A stretch of DNA of 63,198 nucleotides, the filler included, from Candidatus Fermentibacterota bacterium (lineage in GTDB: Bacteria; JAFGKV01), in assembly GCA_016928395.1 (NCBI GenBank). It is 6 parts of 6 records of this genome, joined end to end, with 100 filler letters (N's around TTAATTAATTAA, not from the genome) between each part and the next. Parts side by side here need not be neighbours in the genome. Positions count along the whole stretch, not along the records: positions 1 to 17,567 come from JAFGKV010000294.1; positions 17,668 to 41,594 come from JAFGKV010000298.1; 4 more parts are not named here. The stretch is one strand, 5' to 3'. The notes beneath the pieces are model-generated. The model made no database searches, had not been told where the DNA came from, and worked only from the letters and a program-made list of their open reading frames with translations. The translations under genes were made by a program, and so were the position numbers. Shown piece by piece: positions 8,324-17,800 of this stretch. Every line of letters starts with the position of its first letter. Positions within the stretch are counted from its first letter, which is position 1.

Positions 8324-9250
8324 TCACGTGCTCTCCACCGCCAAGCGCCCGTGGAGTGCGACGCGGTTCCTTCCCAGCCGCTTCGCCTCGTAGAGCGCGG
8401 CGTCGGCGGCGGTCAAGAGCGTGTCGGTCGTCGCGTCACCCCGGTGGATGACGACGCCGATACTCACGGTAACCGACATGGGCCCAGATCTTGTCGGGAT
8501 CCGGCTCTCAGCAACCTGCCCGCGGAGCCTTTCGAACACCGGGACTGGGTCTTCCCTGGCCTCCATCGGCGCCACCACGAGAAACTCCTCGCCACCAAAG
8601 CGTCCGGCGCGATCGTAGCCCCGTAAGCTCGCGGCCATTACCCGCGCCAGGCCTTGCAGGACATCATCGCCGGTCTGGTGGCCATGGGTGTCATTGACCA
8701 CTTTGAAATGGTCGATATCGCACATCCCGACCGCCAGGGTGCTTCCCTGACGGGCGGCCCGGGAGAGCTCTTCGACGAGGCGATCCAAGATGGCCCGGCG
8801 GTTCAGCATTCCAGTGAGCGGATCATGGGTCGCGAGGTGAGCGAGTTCTCTTCTACTGTCGAGCAGCGCCTGCTGCATCTCCACCACGCGCCGGCCTACC
8901 GCGACCCGGGCGCGCAGCTCGCCGACGTTGAACGGCTTGGCGACATAGTCGTTGGCGCCGGCATTCAGGGCCTCGATGATATCGGACTTCTGGTCTCGTG
9001 CGGTCAGTATGATGAGGTAGGGGAGTTGATCGGTCTGCAGAGCGCGAACCCGCCGAACGACCTCGATCCCGTCTATCCCCGGCATCATCCAGTCCAGAAT
9101 GGCCATGAGGGGCGCGTCGGACCTTTGCAGCACGGCCCATGCTTCCGCACCATCGGCGGCTCTCACCGCCTCGTGGCCGTCTTGCTTCAGCACTATCTCG
9201 AGCAGGTCCAACCAGGCCTTGTCGTCATCGGCGATCAGAACGCGCACCAC
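8324..9250 (-). CDS. Response regulator-diguanylate cyclase (REC-GGDEF)
   Basis: ADDD, LDWMMPG and KPF receiver motifs; DIDHFK, RxxD (RGYD) and GGEEF. Confidence 0.93.
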   Translation of the reverse strand: MVRVLIADDDKAWLDLLEIVLKQDGHEAVRAADGAEAWAVLQRSDAPLMAILDWMMPGIDGIEVVRRVRALQTDQLPYLIILTARDQKSDIIEALNAGANDYVAKPFNVGELRARVAVGRRVVEMQQALLDSRRELAHLATHDPLTGMLNRRAILDRLVEELSRAARQGSTLAVGMCDIDHFKVVNDTHGHQTGDDVLQGLARVMAASLRGYDRAGRFGGEEFLVVAPMEAREDPVPVFERLRGQVAESRIPTRSGPMSVTVSIGVVIHRGDATTDTLLTAADAALYEAKRLGRNRVALHGRLAVEST

Positions 9251-9690
9251 AATTTCACCTCAGCAGATTCCTCTGAGGGGTGTCAACCCCACTGATGCTT
9301 CCCCAGGATAGGGCTGTCGGTCCGGCCGCGGCGCTTTGGGATCCGTGTGCGATCATACCCACCCAGAGTGTTGTCCGAATACAGAAGATGCGCAGGCCAG
9401 AACGACTGTCAAGCCGCCGCACCCACTCGTGCGCGGCACGGCACCTATCGCGGTGCGCCGCCGATGGCGGTGAATCCTGCGATTGCTCTGCCGTGGAGCC
9501 TTCTTGCGCAGACAGATGCATCGTTCTTTCTTCTTCGTCGTCCAGTGGGTACTACTACACCTTCGCATTGGGGAGCACGACGTTCCTGCGAACTGAGGAG
9601 CCGCGTTCGATGCGCCATTCTCACACGCCCATCTCCGGTGGAAGTCGCCCCCTTCGATTGAGTTCAACGACCGCGTTCCCGCTCTTTCGG

Positions 9691-12600
9691 ATGGCTCCCA
9701 GTTCTGGGGGGACTTCCGCGGCGGCCAGCTCTCTTTCATCTCGCGCCGTACCGCGTATGCTCGGGGCATGGGCGCTGGTCTTGGTGGTGGCCGGCTCCTG
9801 GGCATATGCAGAGACCCAGACGCTGTGTCCCGAGTTGCCCTCCACTGTCTTCACGCACTTCGATGGGCACGGCCTTGGCTCGTTGAATGGCTGTGCCTTT
9901 GACTCCGCGGGGTGTGCGTGGTTCGCCACGTCTCAGGGGCTCTTGCGGTTTGACGGCCAGAGAGTAAGGCGGTTCGACACCCGCGATGGCCTCCCTGATC
10001 TCCATGTGTACGACATTGTCTGCGATGCCGGTGGGGTGTTGTACGCCGGAACATGGCGCGGGCTCGGCGTCTTCCGTGACGGCCGGTTCCAGACGGTGCC
10101 CTTTCATGAGGCCGAGGGTCGAACCGACCTCGATGGGGTTCTCACTCATTCTCCCGCACGCCGGCTCGCCCTGGACAAGGAGGGTGGGCTTTGGGCAACG
10201 GGTGACGGCGGCGTCCTGCGCAGGGTGGAACCGGGCATGACAGCCACCTCGGTCGTTCCCTCTCCGCTTGGCCTCCTCCACATTCCGACCCATCTCGCGC
10301 TGGACCGCGGGGGCAGAGTCTGGCTTGCACACCTTCAGCCGGCGACCCCCCCTCTGGTGTACTGCAGGACCGATACTGGCTTCGTGCCTGCTTCAGCGGT
10401 AGGTGCGCCTCCTGATATAGTGGAACTGGGGTGCAACGACGCAGGGCTCTGGCTGCAGACCGTCGACGGTACTGTATGGATCGAGGCGGAGGGGGGCTTC
10501 CTCCCTGACGCGCTTCGGGGGGAGTGGCCTGGACGAACCCGGCTGTTCCAATGGCTCACTGCCGGGGGGACGAATGTACTGCTCGGCGAATCGGTCATCA
10601 TGCGATTCACCCAAGAGGGACGCCGCGGCATCGCCGAGAGTCCGGTCAGCGGGCGAACCCGCGCCGCAGTCGACATCGAGGGCATGGTCTGGTGCCCGGC
10701 GAGGCCCGAGGGCGTCGTGCGGGTCGGGCCTGATGCAATTGAGTGGTTCAGGCTGCCCGAGCCGCTGGGCATTACCATTGTGCAAGTCGGCCCCGATGGC
10801 GCATTGTGGTGCGGTTCCGAGAGCGGCCTCCACCACGGCCGGCCGGTGGATGGAAGCCTCCGATGGTCTCATGTGCCTCTTCCCCCGGTGACTGTGCTTC
10901 AGGCGGTGGAATCCGAATCGGTCATGGTGGGGACGGTTGACGGTGCCTTCCTCGTTGCCGGAGACCCGCCTCGGGTGATGGCGACGTGGACCGTCGACCG
11001 CGGGTTGCCAAACCCCGTGGTGACCGCGTTGGAAGCAGACGCTCGATCAGGGTGGATAGGCACGGCCCAAGGCACGTGCCGATGGGCCGTCGATGACCTT
11101 GACGCGTGCGTCGCTCCCGAACTGACGATGGCGATCACCGCCCTGCTCGGCGACAGCCTCGGTGCCTGGATAGGGACCTGGGGCGGCCTGAATCGTTACC
11201 GTGGGGGAGCTGTTGAACTCGTGGGAAGGGTGGACCAGGGCGGCATACTCCCTGCCGTCACAAGCCTCTACAAGACCCCTGCGGATGAGATCCTGGTCGG
11301 CACGTACAGTGACGGGCTGTTCGCCATCCGGGGCGATACCCTCTCCCCGCTTCCCTCGCCACTCAGCAGAGTCGTGAGTATCGTCCCCCGGCCTGGCGAC
11401 CTCCCGTTCGTGGTAGGGATTACACGCATTGTCGCGATGGAGCCTGCCGACTCATTCGCGCTGATCGCATCGTTCGATGAGCCCCATCCCGTGCGCGCCT
11501 CGGTCGGCATGGACGACGGCCTGTGGCTGGTGACTTCGACATCGTTGGAGCGGTGGGGATCCCTGCCTCCCATCAAGCTGGGAGCCGGCTCGGGGCTGCC
11601 TGATGAACCGATCCTCACACTGTCCGCGGATAGGCAGGGCAACCTGTGGGCTTCCACCGAGCACTACCTCTGTCGAGTCAGCCGAGACCGGCTTGGCACG
11701 CAGCCTCTACGCGGGCAACCAGCCGTCGCAGTCGTCCAGGAGGGCCCAAGCATCATCGTCTCGCCAGGCGAGAAACACCGCGCTCCCTTGGGGACTCGCG
11801 ATATCGCCTTGGAGTTCCGCTTGCCGTGGGATTTGGGCGGCATGCACGAACTCCGCACTCGGCTGGATCCACTCCAGCCAAGCTGGACGCCCTGGGATAA
11901 CCGGTGGCACCGAGAGTATGGTGCACTCCCCCCGGGGCGGCAGGCCGTATGGGTTCAGGCCCGGACTGCCGACGGGAGAGTGAGCCCCGAGACCATGGCG
12001 GCCGTGCTCGTGATTCCACCGCGCTGGCATGAACGCGCCTCAGTCCGGATCGCCGGAGGCCTGCTCCTGGTTGTGCTCGGGGTCATGGCCGGGCTCTCCC
12101 GCACGGCGGCGGCTCGCGCCAGGGCCTCCAAGCTGGAGCGCATGGTGTCCGAGCGGACCGCGGAACTGGACGCGGCGCGGTCCAAGGCGATTGAAGCCAG
12201 CACGGCAAAGAGCCTCCTCCTCTCTCGGATGTCCCACGAACTCCGCACCCCCCTGAGCGCTATGATGGGGTTTTCGGATCTCATCGCGGAGTCGTCCGAG
12301 GCCTCAGAAGAGCACCGGGGCTATGCCCAGGTCATCACCGATGCGGGGCAGAGACTGCTTGGCCTGATCAGAAGCATTCTGGATCTCAGCAAGGCAGAGG
12401 CCGCCGCAGGACAGTGCGAACATGTGCCCTTTGAGCCGAAGCCCTTGGTGGCGGATATCGTCCAGCTTCTCTCGGTCGAAGCCACCGAAGGCGGGATCGA
12501 CCTTGCCGCAGAGGAGAACGGGTGGCCCTCGCGTCCCATGCGGGGTGATCCTGATCGACTCAGGGAGGTCCTCATCAACCTGGTCAGGAATGCGCTGAAG

Positions 12601-12879
12601 TACACGGAGCGGGGAGGACACGTCCGCATTGCATGCCGAGCCGGCGACAGTTCGATCGAGATCTCCGTCAAGGATACCGGACCGGGGATCTCGCCGGAGG
12701 ATCAGAAACGACTGTTCGATCCGTTCGTGCGGCTTGCCGGCGGGAAGCCGGGTGAGGGAGGCGCGGGGCTTGGCCTCACTATCACCAAGCAGCTCGTCGA
12801 GGCCATGGGTGGCACGATATCCGTGGAGAGCACCGTGGGCGAGGGCAGCACCTTTGCAGTAGCGCTGCCCGTTTGGTGA
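9691..12879 (+). CDS. Membrane sensor histidine kinase with extracytoplasmic beta-propeller/Y_Y_Y-type region
   Basis: Repeated D-x-G-x-W/GLP propeller motifs; PPRW + TM; SHELRTPL, NALKYT, DTGPGI and GAGLGL. Start codon uncertain (ORF open from 9280). Confidence 0.88.
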   Translation: MAPSSGGTSAAASSLSSRAVPRMLGAWALVLVVAGSWAYAETQTLCPELPSTVFTHFDGHGLGSLNGCAFDSAGCAWFATSQGLLRFDGQRVRRFDTRDGLPDLHVYDIVCDAGGVLYAGTWRGLGVFRDGRFQTVPFHEAEGRTDLDGVLTHSPARRLALDKEGGLWATGDGGVLRRVEPGMTATSVVPSPLGLLHIPTHLALDRGGRVWLAHLQPATPPLVYCRTDTGFVPASAVGAPPDIVELGCNDAGLWLQTVDGTVWIEAEGGFLPDALRGEWPGRTRLFQWLTAGGTNVLLGESVIMRFTQEGRRGIAESPVSGRTRAAVDIEGMVWCPARPEGVVRVGPDAIEWFRLPEPLGITIVQVGPDGALWCGSESGLHHGRPVDGSLRWSHVPLPPVTVLQAVESESVMVGTVDGAFLVAGDPPRVMATWTVDRGLPNPVVTALEADARSGWIGTAQGTCRWAVDDLDACVAPELTMAITALLGDSLGAWIGTWGGLNRYRGGAVELVGRVDQGGILPAVTSLYKTPADEILVGTYSDGLFAIRGDTLSPLPSPLSRVVSIVPRPGDLPFVVGITRIVAMEPADSFALIASFDEPHPVRASVGMDDGLWLVTSTSLERWGSLPPIKLGAGSGLPDEPILTLSADRQGNLWASTEHYLCRVSRDRLGTQPLRGQPAVAVVQEGPSIIVSPGEKHRAPLGTRDIALEFRLPWDLGGMHELRTRLDPLQPSWTPWDNRWHREYGALPPGRQAVWVQARTADGRVSPETMAAVLVIPPRWHERASVRIAGGLLLVVLGVMAGLSRTAAARARASKLERMVSERTAELDAARSKAIEASTAKSLLLSRMSHELRTPLSAMMGFSDLIAESSEASEEHRGYAQVITDAGQRLLGLIRSILDLSKAEAAAGQCEHVPFEPKPLVADIVQLLSVEATEGGIDLAAEENGWPSRPMRGDPDRLREVLINLVRNALKYTERGGHVRIACRAGDSSIEISVKDTGPGISPEDQKRLFDPFVRLAGGKPGEGGAGLGLTITKQLVEAMGGTISVESTVGEGSTFAVALPVW

Positions 12880-13014
12880 GCCTCCGGTCCGTCACATCCG
12901 GAATCTTCGAGAGTGGCGAGATTGATGCCGCCAAAGAGCTGCCACTCATGGCGGCAAAGACCTCCTCATCGGTAGGCAGTAGATAGGTGCACGGCGAAGG
13001 GAAGGGCTGACACC

Positions 13015-13512
13015 ATGAAGGCGCGTGTCGTATACGAATCGCTCTGGGGGAACACCGCAAAGATCGCCCGGGCCATTGCCGAAGGAATCGGGCCCGAGGC
13101 CCGCGCGGTGTCGACGGCCGAAGCCACCGGGGATGTGCTGGCCGGCATCGACCTCATCGTGGCGGGGGCTCCACTCCTGGCGTTTGGCCTCCCCACGGAG
13201 GCCATCAGGGAGAGCATCCGCAAGGATTCCGGCTCCGCGCCCTCGCCGCCGGACCTGTCTCACCCGTCCATGCGCGCATGGCTGGAGGGCCTGCCCCCCG
13301 GCGAAGGCCGCGCCGCAGCCTTCGAGACGCGTATCTGGTGGTCACCGGGCGGTGCCATCGGCGCCATATCCCGCGGCCTGAAGCGCGCGGGATACTCCCC
13401 CGTCGCCAAGGGGCGCCGATTCATCGTCACCGGCAAGTACGGCCCCCTCCGCGACGGCGAACTGGACCGGGCACGTCAATGGGGCAGGGCTTTGGCCCAG
13501 GCCATGGCGTGA
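13015..13512 (+). CDS. Flavodoxin-like protein
   Basis: VVYESLWGNTAKIA FMN loop; AAFETR; GELDRARQWG. Confidence 0.88.
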   Translation: MKARVVYESLWGNTAKIARAIAEGIGPEARAVSTAEATGDVLAGIDLIVAGAPLLAFGLPTEAIRESIRKDSGSAPSPPDLSHPSMRAWLEGLPPGEGRAAAFETRIWWSPGGAIGAISRGLKRAGYSPVAKGRRFIVTGKYGPLRDGELDRARQWGRALAQAMA

Positions 13513-13595
13513 TGGGGGATGGGAGGTTCGGCCCGCGCCAGTGGGCATCAGCCGTACGGGCAGGAATTGAGCCCCAACCCGATCCGTACTGACCG

Positions 13596-13620
13596 GTAGG
13601 GTCGCCCGCGCCTGGTCGCC
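13596..13620 (+). repeat. Degenerate GTAG-type REP-like palindrome
   Basis: GTAGGGTCGCCCGCGCCTGGTCGCC resembles the copy at 58269-58294. Confidence 0.4.
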
Positions 13621-13735
13621 GGCCGGGGAGGGAGCTCGGGGTCGGTATCGGAATCGCTCTCGAAGTCCAATGCCAGGGGAATCGGACCGGGAGGGCATGG
13701 TGCGTGTGAGAGTTTCACATAGGTAGGAGTGCGTG

Positions 13736-14299
13736 ATGGAATGGTTGCTTGCCCTGGCGTTGGGAATCGGCCTGAGCGCCGCATGCGGATTCCGCGTCTT
13801 CGTGCCGCTTCTGATCATGAGCATCGCCTCCCACACGGGGCACATGACCTTCGGCCACGGGTTTGGGTGGATGGACTCCTGGGTCGCAACCGGGGTTTTC
13901 GCGGTGGCGACCATCGTTGAGATCGGTGCCTATTTGATCCCCTGGCTGGATCACGCCTTGGACGTGATCACCACACCAGCGGCCGTGATCGCAGGCGCCA
14001 TCGTGACCGCGTCGGTGCTGGGCGAGATGTCGCCGCTGCTTCGGTGGACCCTGGCCATCATCGCCGGGGGTGGCGCCGCCGGCATCGTGCAGGGAACGAC
14101 CGTGGCCCTGCGGGGCGCCTCCACGGTCACGACCGCCGGTATCGCCAATCCCGGTATCTCCGCCGCCGAGAGCGCAGCCTCGCTCATCACCAGCATTCTG
14201 GCCATCGTCGTGCCGGTGCTCGCCGCGGCAGTGGTGGTGGTGATCTGTATCGCCATGGTTCGCCGGGTGGCCGCCAGGCCGAGATTCAAGCCTCTTTGA
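13736..14299 (+). CDS. DUF4126-family membrane protein
   Basis: GIGLSAACGFRVFVPL, EIGAYLIPWLDHALD and TAGIANP motifs. Confidence 0.85.
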   Translation: MEWLLALALGIGLSAACGFRVFVPLLIMSIASHTGHMTFGHGFGWMDSWVATGVFAVATIVEIGAYLIPWLDHALDVITTPAAVIAGAIVTASVLGEMSPLLRWTLAIIAGGGAAGIVQGTTVALRGASTVTTAGIANPGISAAESAASLITSILAIVVPVLAAAVVVVICIAMVRRVAARPRFKPL

Positions 14300-14484
14300 G
14301 CGATCGCGCTGTCGATCTGTGGACACGCCGGAGGCTGCAAGGGGCCGCGCACGGCGTTCTGACTTGCGTACCGGGGAGCGTCAGGCCAGATTGCGAGAGT
14401 GACCAGGAGAGCGTCATGACTTCTGGCCACCCGGTCGTTGTCACATCGGTGCGCGCCGCATGTCTCCCAACGGCGGAGGTACGG

Positions 14485-16584
14485 ATGACTCGCGACTCCT
14501 ACGCGCATTCAGGCGCCGTGATTCTCTGGCTGGCTGCCTTCCTCACCGGCACATCGTCTCCTGATCCCGCACAGATCGCGCAGCGTCGCTTCATCATCCA
14601 TGACAAGGGTCTCCAGCAGCTTGGTATGGACAACAGGGGAGTGCTCGGAAATCCGGACTGGCTTCCATTGTGGTTGCCCAATCTGGAGTATCCGCGGGAC
14701 AGCGGTACCACCTTTCTATTCTCCGCAGGTCTTTGGGTTGGCGGCATCAAGGACGGTGTGCCCATCGTCTCGGTCTGCGTCGATGGCGATAACGGTACCC
14801 ACGAGTTCGGCGGGCTCGAGTTCGGGACGCTGGAGGACAGGGCGAATCCGGCGATCGGGAGTATCGGATGGCTGGGCAAGAGCACCGACCCGTTGACCAT
14901 CCTCGATCAGGACGCCGCGCTCATTCCCGGAGACAACACGCCCTACGGGCTTAACGCCGCCGGCCAGTACATCCACTACCTCGGCCTGGGAAGGTATGGC
15001 ATCGATGACGATGGAGACGGTCTCATCGACGAGGATCCCGCTGGTGACATAAGCTGCGACTATCAGGACAATGACGGCGACGGGCTCGCGGATGGAGACG
15101 ATCCCGATTTCGACGGTGATCTGGTTCCGGGAAGCCGCGATGATGATGGCGACGGCTTGATTGACGAGGACGACTGTGCCCGAGCGCCCCGGGAGTTCAT
15201 CACGGCCTACGCGGATACCTGTGAGACCTGCGTCGATAACCCAGACAGCGACGGGATCTCTCCGCTCGGGGTGATAGTGGTGCAACACTCCTACCAGTGG
15301 GACAAGCCCTATGCAGACGATTTCATCATCTATGAATGCGAGATTCGGTCTGTCAGCGACCATGTTCTGACAGACGTAGCCATGGGCATGTTCGTAGACT
15401 TCCACGTCTCCAATCCAATGATCCATGAAGGCTCCTATGATGAAATCACCTTCTTCGTCGACAGCCTCTCCCTCGCAGTTGGCGCCGATAACGACTTCGA
15501 CTATGGATCCCTCGCTGCACGCCTCGTTGGGTTCCGAATGCTTGAGGCACCCACGACTGTACCGACCTACGTGAACTTCGATCGCCTACGCGGAGAAGAT
15601 CCTGCTGACAACGATGAAAAGCATGCGCTCATGACTTCCGGAGTGATAGACCCGCCCTCAGATGTCCAGGGAGACTGGAGATTCCTGCTTTCCGTTGGGC
15701 CCCTTGGCAACCTGGGACCCTGCGAATCGATGAACATCGTCTTCGCCATCGTCAACGGCGTGGAGGAGCAAGACCTGATCGATCACGCCATCTATGCTCG
15801 AAACATGTGGGAGAGCGGGTTACTGGGACCGTCGGCGGCGTCGTCGCCTCTCTTTGCCCTGCGGCCCGTGAACCGGGGCGTGGAGGTGCTCTGGGCGAAC
15901 AATGCGGAGACAAGCGTGGATCGTTTCACCGGGCGACCCGACTTCCAGGGGTACAATATCTGGCGAACCGAGGACGGGCAGGCGTGGACGCTGGCGGCGA
16001 GCTATGATCTGCCTGACACCATCGGGCTCAACCTGGGGTGGCCGCCGCCGGCGAACGAGGGCTCCGCGAACGAGAACGAATACGTGTACGGGTACGTGGA
16101 CGAAGGCCTGATGAACGGCGCACGGCTGCACTACGTCGTGACAGCCTTTGACGACGGTGACAACGGAGATGGGATCAACACGGAAGCCTGGGATGCATAC
16201 CACGATGGTACCGGAGTTCTCGAATCAGACAGATCGCCGGCGCTGCAGCAGGCGGTGGTGCCCGGGGCGCCTGCAGTGGTAGAGGGCTGTGTAGACAGCG
16301 TGTATGTGGTGCCGAATCCGTATCGGGGGTCATCGATGCTGGATCGCTGGGGTCAGGACGGCCGCGGCATGGTCGAGTTCAGGGGGTTGCCGCCCCAGTG
16401 TGACATCACGATCTACACGCTGGCAGGCGACCTGGTGAGGAAGCTGAGGCACGCTGACGGTCTATCGTGGGAGGCCTGGGACTTGCGGAACTGGCATTTG
16501 AGGGAGGTCGCGGGCGGCATCTATGTCTACCGGGTCTCCAGTGGGAAGAACGAGTATATCGGCCGGTTCCTGGTGATTCGCTGA
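14485..16584 (+). CDS. Secreted protein with Asp-rich Ca-binding repeats and T9SS/FlgD-type C-terminal domain
   Basis: RBS GGAGGT; signal-like N-terminus; DDDGDGLIDED repeats; C-terminal VYVVPNPY...IYTLAGDLV...WDLRN...GGIYVY...RFLVIR. Confidence 0.8.
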   Translation: MTRDSYAHSGAVILWLAAFLTGTSSPDPAQIAQRRFIIHDKGLQQLGMDNRGVLGNPDWLPLWLPNLEYPRDSGTTFLFSAGLWVGGIKDGVPIVSVCVDGDNGTHEFGGLEFGTLEDRANPAIGSIGWLGKSTDPLTILDQDAALIPGDNTPYGLNAAGQYIHYLGLGRYGIDDDGDGLIDEDPAGDISCDYQDNDGDGLADGDDPDFDGDLVPGSRDDDGDGLIDEDDCARAPREFITAYADTCETCVDNPDSDGISPLGVIVVQHSYQWDKPYADDFIIYECEIRSVSDHVLTDVAMGMFVDFHVSNPMIHEGSYDEITFFVDSLSLAVGADNDFDYGSLAARLVGFRMLEAPTTVPTYVNFDRLRGEDPADNDEKHALMTSGVIDPPSDVQGDWRFLLSVGPLGNLGPCESMNIVFAIVNGVEEQDLIDHAIYARNMWESGLLGPSAASSPLFALRPVNRGVEVLWANNAETSVDRFTGRPDFQGYNIWRTEDGQAWTLAASYDLPDTIGLNLGWPPPANEGSANENEYVYGYVDEGLMNGARLHYVVTAFDDGDNGDGINTEAWDAYHDGTGVLESDRSPALQQAVVPGAPAVVEGCVDSVYVVPNPYRGSSMLDRWGQDGRGMVEFRGLPPQCDITIYTLAGDLVRKLRHADGLSWEAWDLRNWHLREVAGGIYVYRVSSGKNEYIGRFLVIR

Positions 16585-16746
16585 TCTGTTCTCGACGGTG
16601 CCCGACGCCGACGTCAGGCAGGCAGGCAATGAACGGAGATGCCGGCGGGTTGCCGCGGGAGTCGTTCGCGCGTTCATTGAGGCCACCCTGCGTTCTCAAT
16701 GCAGCACCCCTGTCCATGTGGGGCGGCCGTTGTGGCAAGGATTCGT

Positions 16747-17316
16747 ATGTTCATCGGCTGCAAGCATCTGCGCGAGTTGCTCGAGAGTCAGCGCGAGATC
16801 ATCCTACGGCATGTAGACCGCCATAAGTGGTTTCGTCACATCGAGAACCGCGAAGAGGCCATCTTGGATTTCGTGGAAAAGTTCGGGTGGATCATGCGGG
16901 AGTTCCACTGCACCATGATCTGCACCGACAGATCGGAGTGCGGGGAGCCGGTTCGGCTGACAGGCGACCGGCTTCCGTACGCGGCGCCGCAGCTTCGTGA
17001 GCAGCCCATTTCCCCCGCGCGAGATGAACTAGTGCGCTGCCTCGATGCATGGGCACGAATACCATCCAGCGTCACACTGCCTGAGCCCCCGCTTCCTGTT
17101 CGCTGCCGCCACCTCGACATGCTCCTGCAAAGCGAGGCGGCCATTATCGAGCGTCACCTAGAGCGCCACATGTGGTTCCGGCATATCGAGAACCGGGAGG
17201 AGGCTCTCAAGGCCTTCGTCGAGGAGTTTGGGTGGTTGATGCAGGAGCTGTACTGCGGCCATATCTGCGACGACCGATGCGAATGCATCCCCGCGGAGGA
17301 ACCTCCAGGAGCTTAG
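16747..17316 (+). CDS. Hypothetical protein with a duplicated His/Cys-rich domain
   Basis: Two ~60-aa repeats: CxHL...RH...H(K/M)WFRHIENREEA...F(V)ExFGW...CxxxCxDRxEC. ORF open from 16699. Confidence 0.8.
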   Translation: MFIGCKHLRELLESQREIILRHVDRHKWFRHIENREEAILDFVEKFGWIMREFHCTMICTDRSECGEPVRLTGDRLPYAAPQLREQPISPARDELVRCLDAWARIPSSVTLPEPPLPVRCRHLDMLLQSEAAIIERHLERHMWFRHIENREEALKAFVEEFGWLMQELYCGHICDDRCECIPAEEPPGA

Positions 17317-17352
17317 GCCGCGTAACATCCTGATCAAGCTTCGCTTCGCTCG

Positions 17353-17567
17353 CAGTTCTCGGGACTCGGTCGGGCCTCTCAGGGCGCAGGCGCACTCAGG
17401 TTTCCCGGGGTTGAGAGGACGGCCGGCAGGTGGCTATCGGCTGTCAGCCCACTCCTTTCTCCTCACTTCTCACCCAAGGACGCAATCGCAATCGCTATCG
17501 CTATCGGAGCCGCAGCTCCGAGTACGAGTATTCCGAGTACGAGTATGAGTACGAGGTCAGGATGTAC
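17353..17567 (+). repeat. Dispersed element copy A plus short tandem repeats (GCTATCG-like, AATCGC, GAGTAC)
   Basis: Core 17373-17434 aligns with copies at 17670 (-) and 32848 (+). Confidence 0.7.
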
Positions 17568-17667
17568 NNNNNNNNNNNNNNNNNNNNNNNNNNNNNNNNN
17601 NNNNNNNNNNNTTAATTAATTAANNNNNNNNNNNNNNNNNNNNNNNNNNNNNNNNNNNNNNNNNNNN
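17568..17667. other. Artificial contig spacer
   Basis: N-run, TTAATTAATTAA, N-run; 100 bp. Confidence 0.98.
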
Positions 17668-17757
17668 AGAGCCAACTGCCGGCTGTACTCTCAACCCTGA
17701 GAATTCTGAGGGAGCCCGGCGTCCTCAGAGGCCGCACTGAACCCTGAACCCTGCTGC
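17668..17757 (-). repeat. Dispersed element copy B
   Basis: Reverse strand GGCCTCTGAGGACG...CCTCAG...GGGTTGAGAGTACAGCCGGCAGTTGGCT, preceded by CAGGGTT heptamers. Confidence 0.7.
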
Positions 17758-17800
17758 TGCATGCTGACGCCTGAACCCCCGGTCGGGCCACGAGGCCTTC

